DNA of 52,166 nucleotides from a virus (IMGVR_UViG_3300044274_000314:1-52166); one strand, 5' to 3'; positions 18,222 through 27,429 are shown, numbered from the stretch's first letter. The notes: a model not told the origin generated them from the sequence alone. Program-made: numbers and translations.

Positions 18222-18587
18222 TTAACCTCCGATGGCGATGATTCCCGGCTGGGATCGTTTCAGCAGCGCCAGGAAGCGCTGTCCGAATGTGGTCAGAGCG
18301 TAGACGCCGGCCATGTCGACACCGGCTTCCCGTTCCAGTTCGAGGGAACCGAGCTTCAGGCGCCGGAACCCTTGCAGCTGCGCCTCGCGTGTGGCGCCCT
18401 GTCCGTCGAGCGTGAGCTCGTGTGCGGCATGGAGGTTCTCGGCTTCCTGGCGATCGTTCTCCAGCCATGTGGAGTCGACGGTCAGCCGTGCCCGGTCCAG
18501 TGCAGAGGTGATGAGCGCATCATCGACCGCGGCAAAGGCCGGGAAACGTGCTTTGAAACTCGCCGCATCTGCAGCGGTGTAGGCCAT
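18222..18587 (-). CDS. Head-tail adaptor (DUF4054-like)
   Basis: FKARFPAF..V.D...AAH.L...T.FGQRFL.L. Confidence 0.88.
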   Translation of the reverse strand: MAYTAADAASFKARFPAFAAVDDALITSALDRARLTVDSTWLENDRQEAENLHAAHELTLDGQGATREAQLQGFRRLKLGSLELEREAGVDMAGVYALTTFGQRFLALLKRSQPGIIAIGG

Positions 18588-18590
18588 GGC

Positions 18591-19136
18591 TTATTTGGCC
18601 GTGGACGCGTCGGTCTTCGCAGCAGCTTCAGCGTCGGCCTTGGCCTTGGCATCCGCAGCGGCTTTCTCCGCCTCAGCGGCCTTGGCTGCGTCTTCGGCAG
18701 CTTTCGCATCGGCAGCGGCCTTCGCGTCAGCAGCAGCCTTTTCATCTGCGGCCTTCTGAGCGGCGTCGGAAGCAGCGGCCTCCGCCTGACCGATCAGTGT
18801 GGCAACAGCCTCGTCGGTCGCGTTCTCAGGCACGACAATATTCAGCTCGGCCGCCTTGGCGTTCAGGGCCTTGCGCTCGTCGCTGATCTCGACAGTCGTC
18901 GGCGTTGGTGCTGGGGCCGGAGCAGGTTCAGCAGCATGCTCTACCGGGCCAACCTTCGCATCCTTCGGCGCCACGGTGATGATCACACCTGCCTCGAAGT
19001 GCATACCGATCTTCTCGTCCGTCAGGACGCCTTCGACGTCCACGATCTCGGTCTTGCCGCGGCGTACTTCATGGGTGCCGCCAAGGACCTTGAAGGCCTT
19101 TCCGAACGGGGAGTTGTTCTCAATATGGTATTTCAT
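18591..19136 (-). CDS. Capsid-associated hypothetical protein with Ala/Lys low-complexity tail
   Basis: AGGAGG RBS; directly after the major capsid gene; LNAKAAELNI..PENAT helix-extension-helix-like segment. Confidence 0.75.
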   Translation of the reverse strand: MKYHIENNSPFGKAFKVLGGTHEVRRGKTEIVDVEGVLTDEKIGMHFEAGVIITVAPKDAKVGPVEHAAEPAPAPAPTPTTVEISDERKALNAKAAELNIVVPENATDEAVATLIGQAEAAASDAAQKAADEKAAADAKAAADAKAAEDAAKAAEAEKAAADAKAKADAEAAAKTDASTAK

Positions 19137-19161
19137 GGGGGATTTCCTCCTTTTGGAATTG

Positions 19162-19185
19162 AAAACGGGGGCACCAAGGCCCCCG
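19162..19185 (-). terminator. Terminator after the major capsid gene
   Basis: Minus strand CGGGGGC-CTTGGT-GCCCCCG-TTTT. Confidence 0.65.
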
Positions 19186-19210
19186 CTCCCAGTTCGTCTA
19201 TGGCGTCAGC

Positions 19211-20230
19211 TTAGCTGTTGCCGATCGCCTTACGGAGGACGTATGGCTTCTGGCAGAAGTACAGCGGGTAGCTGTACTGCTCACCCTTGGTCCATGCCTG
19301 GCGATCGCGATCAACGACGTTCAGGGCATACACGTGACGGCCCATGGTGTTGATGAACGGACCGAACTCGGCCGGGGCCATCGCCTTCTTGAACACGTCA
19401 CGCGCTCCCACAGGGAAGAACTTGGCCTCGTTCACGCCCACCGCGACGGTCGAGTTATCGTCCGTGCCGCGATAGTTGTGCCAGGTGATGCCGCCGAAGG
19501 TGAACGACTCGAACGCAATGTTCTGACGCAGGTCGGCAGCAGCGGCCCAGTTCTCATAGGTCTTCACGACGTTCGGATGCTTGATCAGATTGTCGTAGAA
19601 GGTGTCGCCGACGAGCGAATGCACTTTCGTGCCGGCCACAAACGCGCCTTTGGAGGAGCGCGCCATATCGCGGGTCAGCGCATGGCACTTGCCGCGAACG
19701 TCCGTGCTGTCCGTGGTCAGCGCGAAGTCGATCGCGGCGGCCTCGGAGACACCGAACTCGGTGAAGTAGTTATAGATCACCGTGGTGCCGTCAGCGTCGA
19801 GCAGCTTGCCCTGCAGGGCGCCGAGACGGTGGTACTCGTGGGTGAGTTCCATGTCGTCGGTGATGCGGCCCATGCGGCGGAGGTACTCGGCCTGGACCTG
19901 CATCAGTTCGGTCTCCGAACCATGCGCGCGGATGCCTTCGATTTCATGCGCGTACAGCGTGAAGTCCTTGGCAAGGCGGGTGGTGCGGAGCGGGATCGCC
20001 CGGCGGTCGTCCTTCTTCAGCGACTCCGGCGGAGCGCCTTCCGGGGAGGACGAGATCAGCGAGAGGGTGCCCTCACGCTCATCGACAAAGACGTTGCGGG
20101 TGCGAACCGGCATGTCTTCGAAGATGCCGAGCGAACCCAGCAGCTGCGGCTTGTAGTCAGTTTTCTCAACCGCTCCGGTCAGCGAGGTCATGCTGAATGC
20201 GGAGTTGTTGAACACGTCCATGGTTGCCAT
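19211..20230 (-). CDS. Major capsid protein (lambda gpE-like family)
   Basis: MDVFNNSAFSMTSLT, THEYHRLGALQG..LDADG, FGGITW.NYRG, SYPLY.C..P. Confidence 0.95.
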   Translation of the reverse strand: MATMDVFNNSAFSMTSLTGAVEKTDYKPQLLGSLGIFEDMPVRTRNVFVDEREGTLSLISSSPEGAPPESLKKDDRRAIPLRTTRLAKDFTLYAHEIEGIRAHGSETELMQVQAEYLRRMGRITDDMELTHEYHRLGALQGKLLDADGTTVIYNYFTEFGVSEAAAIDFALTTDSTDVRGKCHALTRDMARSSKGAFVAGTKVHSLVGDTFYDNLIKHPNVVKTYENWAAAADLRQNIAFESFTFGGITWHNYRGTDDNSTVAVGVNEAKFFPVGARDVFKKAMAPAEFGPFINTMGRHVYALNVVDRDRQAWTKGEQYSYPLYFCQKPYVLRKAIGNS

Positions 20231-20295
20231 GGTAAGGTTCCTTCTATGGGAAGGGCGCGCTTCTCAGCGGGCCGAGGTGGTTTCGACAGCCTCCG

Positions 20296-20673
20296 CTATC
20301 GGACGATGATGCCCAAGGATTTGAGCGCGGTGTTCGCCGTCTTCTTGGCGGCGGCGTTGGCCCCGTCGACATAGGTCAGGTCGTTACCCGTGACCTCTGC
20401 ATCGCGCAGGATCAGCGTAGCGACGACCTCAACGGCCGAGCCGGTGTCGTTGGTGAGCGTCTCGTAGAGCAGCGCCTGGTTCTCCAGATCGCCCGTGGCG
20501 AAGCTGAAGTCCGGGTTCACGTACTTCTCTTCCGAGGTGTCCATGCCGAGGATGGTGCCTGACGAGAGGGTCGTGTTCGCCGGGATGATGACGGTGCCGG
20601 TACCGCGGGAGCGGTAGCCATTGGCCTCCGAGACGAGGAATGCTGCGCGACGTGCGCCTTCGGTGAGTGCCAT
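20296..20673 (-). CDS. Head decoration protein (gpD-like)
   Basis: FLVSEANGYRSR...RDAEV...L..LGIIVR; directly upstream of the major capsid gene. Confidence 0.9.
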   Translation of the reverse strand: MALTEGARRAAFLVSEANGYRSRGTGTVIIPANTTLSSGTILGMDTSEEKYVNPDFSFATGDLENQALLYETLTNDTGSAVEVVATLILRDAEVTGNDLTYVDGANAAAKKTANTALKSLGIIVR

Positions 20674-20685
20674 GGTTTAGGCTCC

Positions 20686-21804
20686 TTACTTCTTCATGGC
20701 GACGCCGGCGGCGTCGAACACTTGGTTACCCCATGCATCACCGTCAGACGGCTTCGCGTCGGCCAGTGCTTTGGAGGCGGGATTGACCGGCTTGGCGTCA
20801 GCGGTCAGGTGGTCGAACAGGCCGTCGATGTAGTCGGCGGACTTGTCCTGCACCTTCTCGTCACCGAGCTTGTGCGCCACTGCCTGCTTCTTCAGCTCAG
20901 CATTGGAGACACCATCGGTGGCGAGGTCGGGTGCGATAGCCTTGACCTTGGCGACGATCGCAGAGCGGTCGGCAACCATCTGGTCGATCTTGGCGGCGTC
21001 GAACTGCTTCGACTTCAGATCCTCGATCTCAGCATCCTTCTTGCCGAGTTCGGAGTCCTTCGCAGCCAGAGCAGATGCGTGATCGGTTTCGGCCTTCTTC
21101 GCAGCGGCTGCTGCGTCGGCCAGCTGCGACTGCAGCTTGCTGATCACCTGGGCGCCCTGATCTGTAACCTCGATCGAGAGTCCGTCCACGGTGACCGTCT
21201 TCAGGGGTTTGTCGCCCATGGGATTTTCCTTCCGGTCTTTGGGGGAAACGGGGCTGGCGCCCCAGGTTTTCGCATCGTCGCCGATACGAGCTTTTGAACC
21301 CGCCCGCGCTCGGTCCACGACCGCGAGATGGTTGATTCTGATATTGCGCTGGATGGCGTCATACTCCTCGCCGTCAGCGGTGATGCCCGGTGTCCAGTCG
21401 AGGTCGCAGCCATAACCTGCGGAGAGTTCAGACGTGCCGTCCTCGACAGCCTTGATCGCTTTGGCGTCCTTCAGGATCAGCGGCAGGACGACCCATTCAC
21501 CGTCACGCTTGGCAGCAGTCGACACTTCGCCCACGGACAGGACCTTCCAGTTCTCGGCGGTGACCGCGTCTTCCGGGTGTTTCAGCGTCATGGGCGCGTG
21601 CGAGAAGCTCTGCAGGCTGTCCTGCGCGAAGACCTCCTCCTCCGGGCGGTAAACGCGCACCACGTCCATGTCTTTGACACCAAGCTCAGCGCCGGAATAG
21701 AGTTGGATTCCGGTCCGGACACTGCGTGCCTCGGCCACCAGGTAGCCGTCAGCGGTCTTGCGGGTGCCGGATACGGCCACCGCGTCGGTGAAGCGAATTG
21801 TCAT
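20686..21804 (-). CDS. DUF2213 prohead protease / scaffold protein
   Basis: TADGYL, RTGIQLY, VYRPEEEVF, ELSAGY, YDAIQRNIRINHLAVV..ARAG; GGAG RBS before MTIRFTD. Confidence 0.93.
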   Translation of the reverse strand: MTIRFTDAVAVSGTRKTADGYLVAEARSVRTGIQLYSGAELGVKDMDVVRVYRPEEEVFAQDSLQSFSHAPMTLKHPEDAVTAENWKVLSVGEVSTAAKRDGEWVVLPLILKDAKAIKAVEDGTSELSAGYGCDLDWTPGITADGEEYDAIQRNIRINHLAVVDRARAGSKARIGDDAKTWGASPVSPKDRKENPMGDKPLKTVTVDGLSIEVTDQGAQVISKLQSQLADAAAAAKKAETDHASALAAKDSELGKKDAEIEDLKSKQFDAAKIDQMVADRSAIVAKVKAIAPDLATDGVSNAELKKQAVAHKLGDEKVQDKSADYIDGLFDHLTADAKPVNPASKALADAKPSDGDAWGNQVFDAAGVAMKK

Positions 21805-21806
21805 GG

Positions 21807-22436
21807 TTATCTCCAGTTGGTCCGGACCCAGTCCAGATCCCGCACCGGTGGTTCGTGCATCTTTTCGGGGCCGTGGAAGTAGACGATGCGGGCGTCTCCA
21901 AGCCCGTCCGGCTTGACGTGGCCTTTGTAGGACAGGACCTGCCCGGGAAAGAGCGTGTCGATCACAGCCGGGTCCTGCCGCCTGATCCACTCCATGTCGT
22001 TCTCGCCCTGCCAGCGGTCGAAGACGTGGCTGTTTCCTGCAGGGACCAGCGCAACCCCGTTGCAGACCTGTTCGGGCTTGTATGGATCAAGAGGTACCGC
22101 GATCCGGTGTTCGGTCAGGCAGTACTCTGCGAGGTGGTCGATGTTCCCGGTGATGACCGTGTCGAGGCCGACCAGGATCATCGGGCGACCGAGCCGGTAT
22201 GGCTCGATGCAGTCCGCATAAGACGGCACGTGGTTGGTCAGGGGCTCCTGTGCGATCGGCTCCTCATAGTCCCGGTGGCGGTCGGTGAAACAGATGAACT
22301 CGAAAGGGTGTGTCAGGTGGCGTGCGAAGCCGCGGTAGAGCTTCTCCACCCACGTCTGATCGTACATGGACGAGAAGGATTTGGAGTGGCGGTTGGCCTC
22401 CCAGAACAGCGTGCAGACGACCAGATCAGCGGGCAT
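21807..22436 (-). CDS. GT-A fold glycosyltransferase-like protein
   Basis: Y...WVEKLY....RHL..PFEFICFTD, GLDTVITGNID (DxD position reads GLD), IVYFHG..K.H. Confidence 0.72.
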   Translation of the reverse strand: MPADLVVCTLFWEANRHSKSFSSMYDQTWVEKLYRGFARHLTHPFEFICFTDRHRDYEEPIAQEPLTNHVPSYADCIEPYRLGRPMILVGLDTVITGNIDHLAEYCLTEHRIAVPLDPYKPEQVCNGVALVPAGNSHVFDRWQGENDMEWIRRQDPAVIDTLFPGQVLSYKGHVKPDGLGDARIVYFHGPEKMHEPPVRDLDWVRTNWR

Positions 22437-22965
22437 GGCGGGTACGCCTGCCGATCAGTACCGCCTCGATGTCCTTGAGCGACCGGTCCGGCTTGAGAGC
22501 CTCGCCATCCACCCAGAGCGAGCCGGATGGCACATCCTTCCTGACTACAGAGCCTGCTGCGACCATCGAACCTGCGCCGATCCGGACACCGGGGAGAACG
22601 ACCGAATTTGAGCCGATGCTGGCGCCGTCCTCCATGATGATCGCGGGGCGCCCCTCGTACTCCGAGACGTCAAACCCTCGCTCATGCGCTCGTGGCCAGG
22701 CGTCGTTGCAGAAGGTGCAGTTTGGCCCGATGAAGCAGTCCGACCCAATCAGGAAGCCCGGACCTGCGGCGAAGTTGTGTGCGATCTTGGTCCGGTCGCC
22801 GACGGTCGACCCGTCGATGCACGCCCCGGAGGCGATGTTGCAGTCCTCGCCGATCACGGCTCCCCGGATGATCGATGCGAATTGCCAGATCCGCGTCCGT
22901 GCTCCGACCGTCGCGCCTTCTACGTGAGCCTTGGGGTGAATGAATGCGTCGGGGTGGATGCTCAT
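22426..22965 (-). CDS. Hexapeptide-repeat (left-handed beta-helix) sugar acetyltransferase, WbpD/FdtC-like
   Basis: IHPDAFIHPKAHV, TRIWQF, IGEDCNI, FIGPNCTFCND.WPR, GASIGSNSVVLPGVRIG. Confidence 0.9.
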   Translation of the reverse strand: MSIHPDAFIHPKAHVEGATVGARTRIWQFASIIRGAVIGEDCNIASGACIDGSTVGDRTKIAHNFAAGPGFLIGSDCFIGPNCTFCNDAWPRAHERGFDVSEYEGRPAIIMEDGASIGSNSVVLPGVRIGAGSMVAAGSVVRKDVPSGSLWVDGEALKPDRSLKDIEAVLIGRRTRHAR

Positions 22966-23327
22966 GCCAGCACCTTCTCAGGCAGCCGCTCGAACGCCCA
23001 CTCGAAGACCATACCTTTTGCTGGGTCGTCGTCCCGGTAGGTGGTGAGGGTCGCGTCGTACTTGGGGACAATGCCATCAGCCGGGACGATGTCGAACTTG
23101 GGGCTGAACGCCTGCACCAGGAAGACCGGCACCTTGCCGAACTGGATGTTGTTGCCCTGCCCCATCGCGCGGGTTTCGACAGACAGATGGATGCCAACGA
23201 TGCGGACTTCGCGCCCGAGAGTACCAAGAAGCCGGAGCAGTTCCTCAGTGTCGGCCGGCGCAACGATCGGCACTAAGCCGGCACGATTCTCTTCGAGGCC
23301 GATATCGGTCGGGGTGATCTGGGTCAT
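22962..23327 (-). CDS. Hypothetical protein, 121 aa
   Basis: ATGA-coupled on both sides within the cassette. Confidence 0.65.
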   Translation of the reverse strand: MTQITPTDIGLEENRAGLVPIVAPADTEELLRLLGTLGREVRIVGIHLSVETRAMGQGNNIQFGKVPVFLVQAFSPKFDIVPADGIVPKYDATLTTYRDDDPAKGMVFEWAFERLPEKVLA

Positions 23328-23941
23328 CGGTCTATGTCCTCCAACCAAGGAAAGCATGTCAGCGCCGAATCCGGCGTGGCGTTGAGGACCTCGACTTCGC
23401 CCGCCAGCCTTTTGGCCATGCGCTCGATCGAGGGGATGAAGGTTTGGTCGTAAGACTGGTCCGGTGTCGGGATTCGGTGGTCGCCGTGATAGTGCCCGGG
23501 CCGCATGTCGAAGCCGTGCAGAATGATCCGCGAGGCCCCGAGCAGGTAGGCAAGGTTGATTGCCATTTCTCCGCCCGTAGCGCCCGTCAGCGCGCGGATG
23601 GACGGATCGTCCGATAGGGTGTTGCCCTTGTCGTGCTCGACCGCCACCAGCGGCCACGGGAGCTCCCAGGAAGGGACCTGCCCTTGGCGGCCGAAACGGA
23701 AGCGGCTGCGGTTGAGGTGGAGGCGCTCCCGGTTCCAGTCGAACCAGCGCCTGTCCATGACCAGCAGAATGTCTGCGTCCGGAAAGAAATCGAGGCCTGA
23801 ATTGTTGACCGCGATCACCGGGTCGAGGTCGAGGATGCTGATGTCCATGTGGCGAAGACTGGGCCCACCGCCGAGGATATGGACTGTCTCGCCTGCGAAA
23901 GCCGCGCTGTCAGTGACGTCCCATTGCACGAGCCGGGTCAT
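23324..23941 (-). CDS. Maf/DUF115/CstII-like nucleotide-sugar transferase-like protein
   Basis: HILGGGPSL, VIAVNN, D..W, G..AINLAYLLGASRIILHGFDM, VLNAT motifs. Confidence 0.75.
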   Translation of the reverse strand: MTRLVQWDVTDSAAFAGETVHILGGGPSLRHMDISILDLDPVIAVNNSGLDFFPDADILLVMDRRWFDWNRERLHLNRSRFRFGRQGQVPSWELPWPLVAVEHDKGNTLSDDPSIRALTGATGGEMAINLAYLLGASRIILHGFDMRPGHYHGDHRIPTPDQSYDQTFIPSIERMAKRLAGEVEVLNATPDSALTCFPWLEDIDR

Positions 23942-24207
23942 TTCCGCTCGTCCACAGCAGCGTGATAGGCAGTGTGCGCCTTCCGGGCCATGCGGCGCCA
24001 TTTGGCCACCGTGGTCATGGGCGATGTCTTCCCGGCCGCTGCGCCCTCCATCAGGGTCGCCCACTTCGTCGGCCGCTTGTTGCGGTAGTGCTCGACGTAG
24101 AGTGCCTCCGCCATCCGGTCGATGATCTCGCCCATGGAGAGGCTGGATTCGGCCTCTTGGTTGGCCATGAGCGTGGCAATGCGTTCCTGCAGGGAGGGAT
24201 CAGTCAT
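23938..24207 (-). CDS. Hypothetical protein, 89 aa
   Basis: Overlap-coupled to both neighbours. Confidence 0.6.
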   Translation of the reverse strand: MTDPSLQERIATLMANQEAESSLSMGEIIDRMAEALYVEHYRNKRPTKWATLMEGAAAGKTSPMTTVAKWRRMARKAHTAYHAAVDERK

Positions 24208-24706
24208 CGGAGAGCCCCTGCTCCAGCTCGGCCCGGTAGCAGTGCGGACACCTATCGTCGTTACCATCGACCCAGCGATACTCCTGCTCGCAGGTCTCGC
24301 AGACTGTGCCGTACACCGTGTGGCGTACAGTTCTCTCTGCCCCCTCCTTCGCCAAGTCGGCACCAATCCACATCGGGACAATGCTGACCTTCGCAACATT
24401 CCCGATCATCGCAATGTCGATGGCGGCAGTGGCGCTGCTCTCGCGGATGGCTGTCTTGATCGCCTCAGACATGGCGACAATCTGGTCGGCAACCTCGGAG
24501 TCGACATTCAGGAGGTTGATGTTGTCGCCTGATGCTTGTTCGGCCCCCATCGACTGCAGCACAGCAGCGGATATGCGTCCGAGGTCCACGACCCCGTCCA
24601 CCTCGATGACGCTGCAATCGTCATTGAGCGGAGCGAGGTAGGCCTCGTTGTCGTTCTGCTCCTGCAGGGCTTCCCAGATCATGCTGGTCAGCTTTTCTTG
24701 GTCCAT
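24200..24706 (-). CDS. Hypothetical protein with C-terminal zinc ribbon
   Basis: GGAGG RBS; CETC...CPHC. Confidence 0.7.
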   Translation of the reverse strand: MDQEKLTSMIWEALQEQNDNEAYLAPLNDDCSVIEVDGVVDLGRISAAVLQSMGAEQASGDNINLLNVDSEVADQIVAMSEAIKTAIRESSATAAIDIAMIGNVAKVSIVPMWIGADLAKEGAERTVRHTVYGTVCETCEQEYRWVDGNDDRCPHCYRAELEQGLSDD

Positions 24707-24709
24707 CGA

Positions 24710-25510
24710 TCATTCCTCCACGTCGATGATTGGCAGCTGGATACAGCCGCAGAATGGCTTCAGCCCAGGCGTGTCGCCTCTGGGATAGCCGAGCGCATAC
24801 TTCTTGCCGTTCCGGGCCTTGTGCTCCGGCCGGTAATGGACCTTCCCTGAGTGTCGCCACTCGTACTGTGTGAGCCCCGCTTCGTTCATGCGGATCTCGG
24901 TGAGTTTGCCCGACAGCTTCTGGGCCTGGTCGATGGCGATGCGGTTGGCGCGCCGGCGCTGGATGCCCAGCCGTTCGGCGATCTCCTTCCCCATCTCCTT
25001 GCGGGGTGTCTGTTCGGTCAGACCGCGCCAGACGGTTTCCTCAATGTCCTTACGGGCGGTGGCGTTGATGTCCCGGATCAGGCTGGAGATGCGCTGCTGG
25101 AACGCCTTCACCTTCGGCAGGCTGGCGGCCTGATTGATGAACGGGAACACGTCGACGCCCGTCCCGGCACGGACTGCCTCAGCCCAGCGCTGGTCGTGCC
25201 AGTTGATCGCCCTTCGCATCCACGCCTCGATCTCGACGTCGACCTGGACGGTGCGGCCCTCGATCAGTGCCTCCGCAATCCGGATGACTTCCCGAAGATC
25301 GTCGGTTTCATCATCGCGGGTGAGCGTTGAGACTGCCTGCCCATAGGCCGGGAGAATGCGGTCGCTGATCTCCTGCTGCCAGGCCCTGACCGGCTGGACC
25401 GTCACCGCGAAGAGCGAGCGCTTCAGCGCGTTCGTGATCTCGATCGGTCGCAGGGTCGTATCCCGGCGGACACCTGCCTGCCGGGCTACGAGACGAAGGT
25501 CATAGGCCAT
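24710..25510 (-). CDS. Minor head morphogenesis protein (SPP1 gp7 / Mu gpF family)
   Basis: RA..IA.DQ..KL, Y.WRHSG....RPEH.ARNGK, PG....CGC; follows the portal. Confidence 0.92.
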   Translation of the reverse strand: MAYDLRLVARQAGVRRDTTLRPIEITNALKRSLFAVTVQPVRAWQQEISDRILPAYGQAVSTLTRDDETDDLREVIRIAEALIEGRTVQVDVEIEAWMRRAINWHDQRWAEAVRAGTGVDVFPFINQAASLPKVKAFQQRISSLIRDINATARKDIEETVWRGLTEQTPRKEMGKEIAERLGIQRRRANRIAIDQAQKLSGKLTEIRMNEAGLTQYEWRHSGKVHYRPEHKARNGKKYALGYPRGDTPGLKPFCGCIQLPIIDVEE

Positions 25511-27429
25511 CAGCTTACGAGGCCATCCTTCTGCAGCTTCTTAGCCCAGTCCTCGACCACCTCTTCGAACATTTCCGGGCCGAGCTCGATCTTGCCGCTG
25601 AACGGCTTGACCGCGGAGAGGTCGATCTTCTCAGCGCCCTCATAGGTGATGGTGATGTGCGGCTGGAAGTCGTCCCACTCCCAATCAGCTCCGGTGCTGC
25701 GCTTGATGTCCTCATGCCGCCAGACGAGGTCGTTGGAGGCGAAGTGGAGAACGACCGCGCCTTTCGGACCGAGCGGCTCGACCACACGCGGTCCACCGGC
25801 AGGGATCGTGAGCTTCCCTTCCTTGTCACTGTACCAGGTAGAGCCGGCCTTCATCCAGTCGACAGGCGTGCGGGAGAACGCGATCGTGACGTGCATGTCC
25901 GAGGCCTTCAGCGTCTCGCCGAAGCCGTTACGCTTGGCCCATGCGACCAGCGCCTTGCCGTTCAGGACCTTGCGGTAGACGTAGAGCGTGCGCGGGGCGG
26001 CATCCTTCACCGGCTTGCCGGTCTTCGGATCGACGTCCTCGTCCTCTTCGTCGTCCTCCTCCGGATCCGCGTTCGGGTCGTTCGGATTGTCAGGATCGCC
26101 CGGCAGCTGGTTGGCCGGATCGTCATCCGCATCCGGGTCGAAGGACTCGGTCGTGGACTGGAATTCCTCCAGCGCGTTCTCGATGCCCGGGAACTGGCCG
26201 GACTCGATCAGCGCCGTCTCCAGCACCTTGGCCAGGACACCGTCGTTCAGCAGCCCCATGTTCGCGTAGTTCTTGAACGTCTCCGAGCGCGACTTCTCGA
26301 TCTCGGCATGCTCCTTCTCGCTCGTCTGGTAGAGCGGCCCCCACGTGTAGTGGATGGCCTCGTCCCGTGATCCGAGTTCGGAGCGAATGAACACCTCGTC
26401 CAGACGGGAGAGGCGCGGCGTCAGCGTCAGGCGCTGCTCGGCACCGATGCGGTCATAGTAGTTCTTCAGGTCGCTGTCGCCCGTGGCGTTGAGGCCACCG
26501 GGGGACTGGCCGAGGAAACGGGTGGCCGGAATATCGACTGCACCTGAGACGATCAGCAGATACTGCTGCATGATCTCCGGCAGCTTCTCGAAGCCGACCT
26601 GCTTCTGTTCGTACTCCTCCTCCTTGTCGAGGACGAGCGCGTTGACCGACGACTTCAGCGACATAGCAGTCGCAAGGCGGGTGCGCAGGCGCTCTGTCGA
26701 ATCTGCGGTGGCCAGATGCACGCTCATCAGCTGCGGGATCTTCAGGACGTCGAGCTTCGACTCCATCAGCATCTGGGCCACAGCCTGACCGGAGAGGGCC
26801 GCGTTGCCCATGGCATCCCGGACCCGGGCGAGCACGCTATCACCCCACGGATCGACCGCAGTGATGCGCTGCGGCTTCCGATTACCAGTGAAGGTGATGA
26901 TCCGCGACGGGTGGATGATCAGGGACACGCCGGTCTCGGTGGCCAGCGTGTAATCGACCGGCTCGCCGAACCACTCGTCCTCCGGGTTCTTGCGGAGCTC
27001 GTTGGTGCTGAGGTCATAGCGGGTCAGGACGTGGACGTACTTGAGGTCGCCCTGCTTCACCCGCTCGGGGTTCAGCGGCGTGGACGGATCATCAGTGCCC
27101 ACGCCCAAGAACAACGCTGCGCCGCCGTAGAGCCGGCCGTAGATCATGGCCTCGAGGATCTTCTCCTTCAGGCCGAGCCGCTTCTCTCCGGCCTCAAGCA
27201 GTTCAATCTGCTCTGCGGACGCTTGCCAGTTCCGCCACTCACGGACGCTGTCGAAAGCGGGGATGTCGACTGCTTTGCCAGCCATCCAGTCGCCGCGGTA
27301 CATGGCCTCCAGCTCTGAGGGGTCCACCTCGTTGAAATAGAACTCGTTGGCCGCGACCTTGTCGCGCTCGCTCATGAGCCCGCTGGCGAGGTTGCGCAGC
27401 GTGTCGGTGACGAAAGTGAATGCACCCAT
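25510..27429 (-). CDS. Portal protein (DUF1073 type) fused to a C-terminal 2H-phosphoesterase (Acb1-like) domain
   Basis: Portal motifs Y..DW.A.K.VDIPA.D..REWR, IHPSR, GA.DIPATRFLGQSP.GLNATGDSD..NYYD; acidic linker; C-terminal ~160 aa with HVT and HIT. Confidence 0.92.
   Translation of the reverse strand: MGAFTFVTDTLRNLASGLMSERDKVAANEFYFNEVDPSELEAMYRGDWMAGKAVDIPAFDSVREWRNWQASAEQIELLEAGEKRLGLKEKILEAMIYGRLYGGAALFLGVGTDDPSTPLNPERVKQGDLKYVHVLTRYDLSTNELRKNPEDEWFGEPVDYTLATETGVSLIIHPSRIITFTGNRKPQRITAVDPWGDSVLARVRDAMGNAALSGQAVAQMLMESKLDVLKIPQLMSVHLATADSTERLRTRLATAMSLKSSVNALVLDKEEEYEQKQVGFEKLPEIMQQYLLIVSGAVDIPATRFLGQSPGGLNATGDSDLKNYYDRIGAEQRLTLTPRLSRLDEVFIRSELGSRDEAIHYTWGPLYQTSEKEHAEIEKSRSETFKNYANMGLLNDGVLAKVLETALIESGQFPGIENALEEFQSTTESFDPDADDDPANQLPGDPDNPNDPNADPEEDDEEDEDVDPKTGKPVKDAAPRTLYVYRKVLNGKALVAWAKRNGFGETLKASDMHVTIAFSRTPVDWMKAGSTWYSDKEGKLTIPAGGPRVVEPLGPKGAVVLHFASNDLVWRHEDIKRSTGADWEWDDFQPHITITYEGAEKIDLSAVKPFSGKIELGPEMFEEVVEDWAKKLQKDGLVS

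Noticed and set aside
15609-20374. 716-, 444- and 346-aa plus-strand ORFs
   Set aside because: Arg/Gly-rich shadow frames of the neck and capsid genes.
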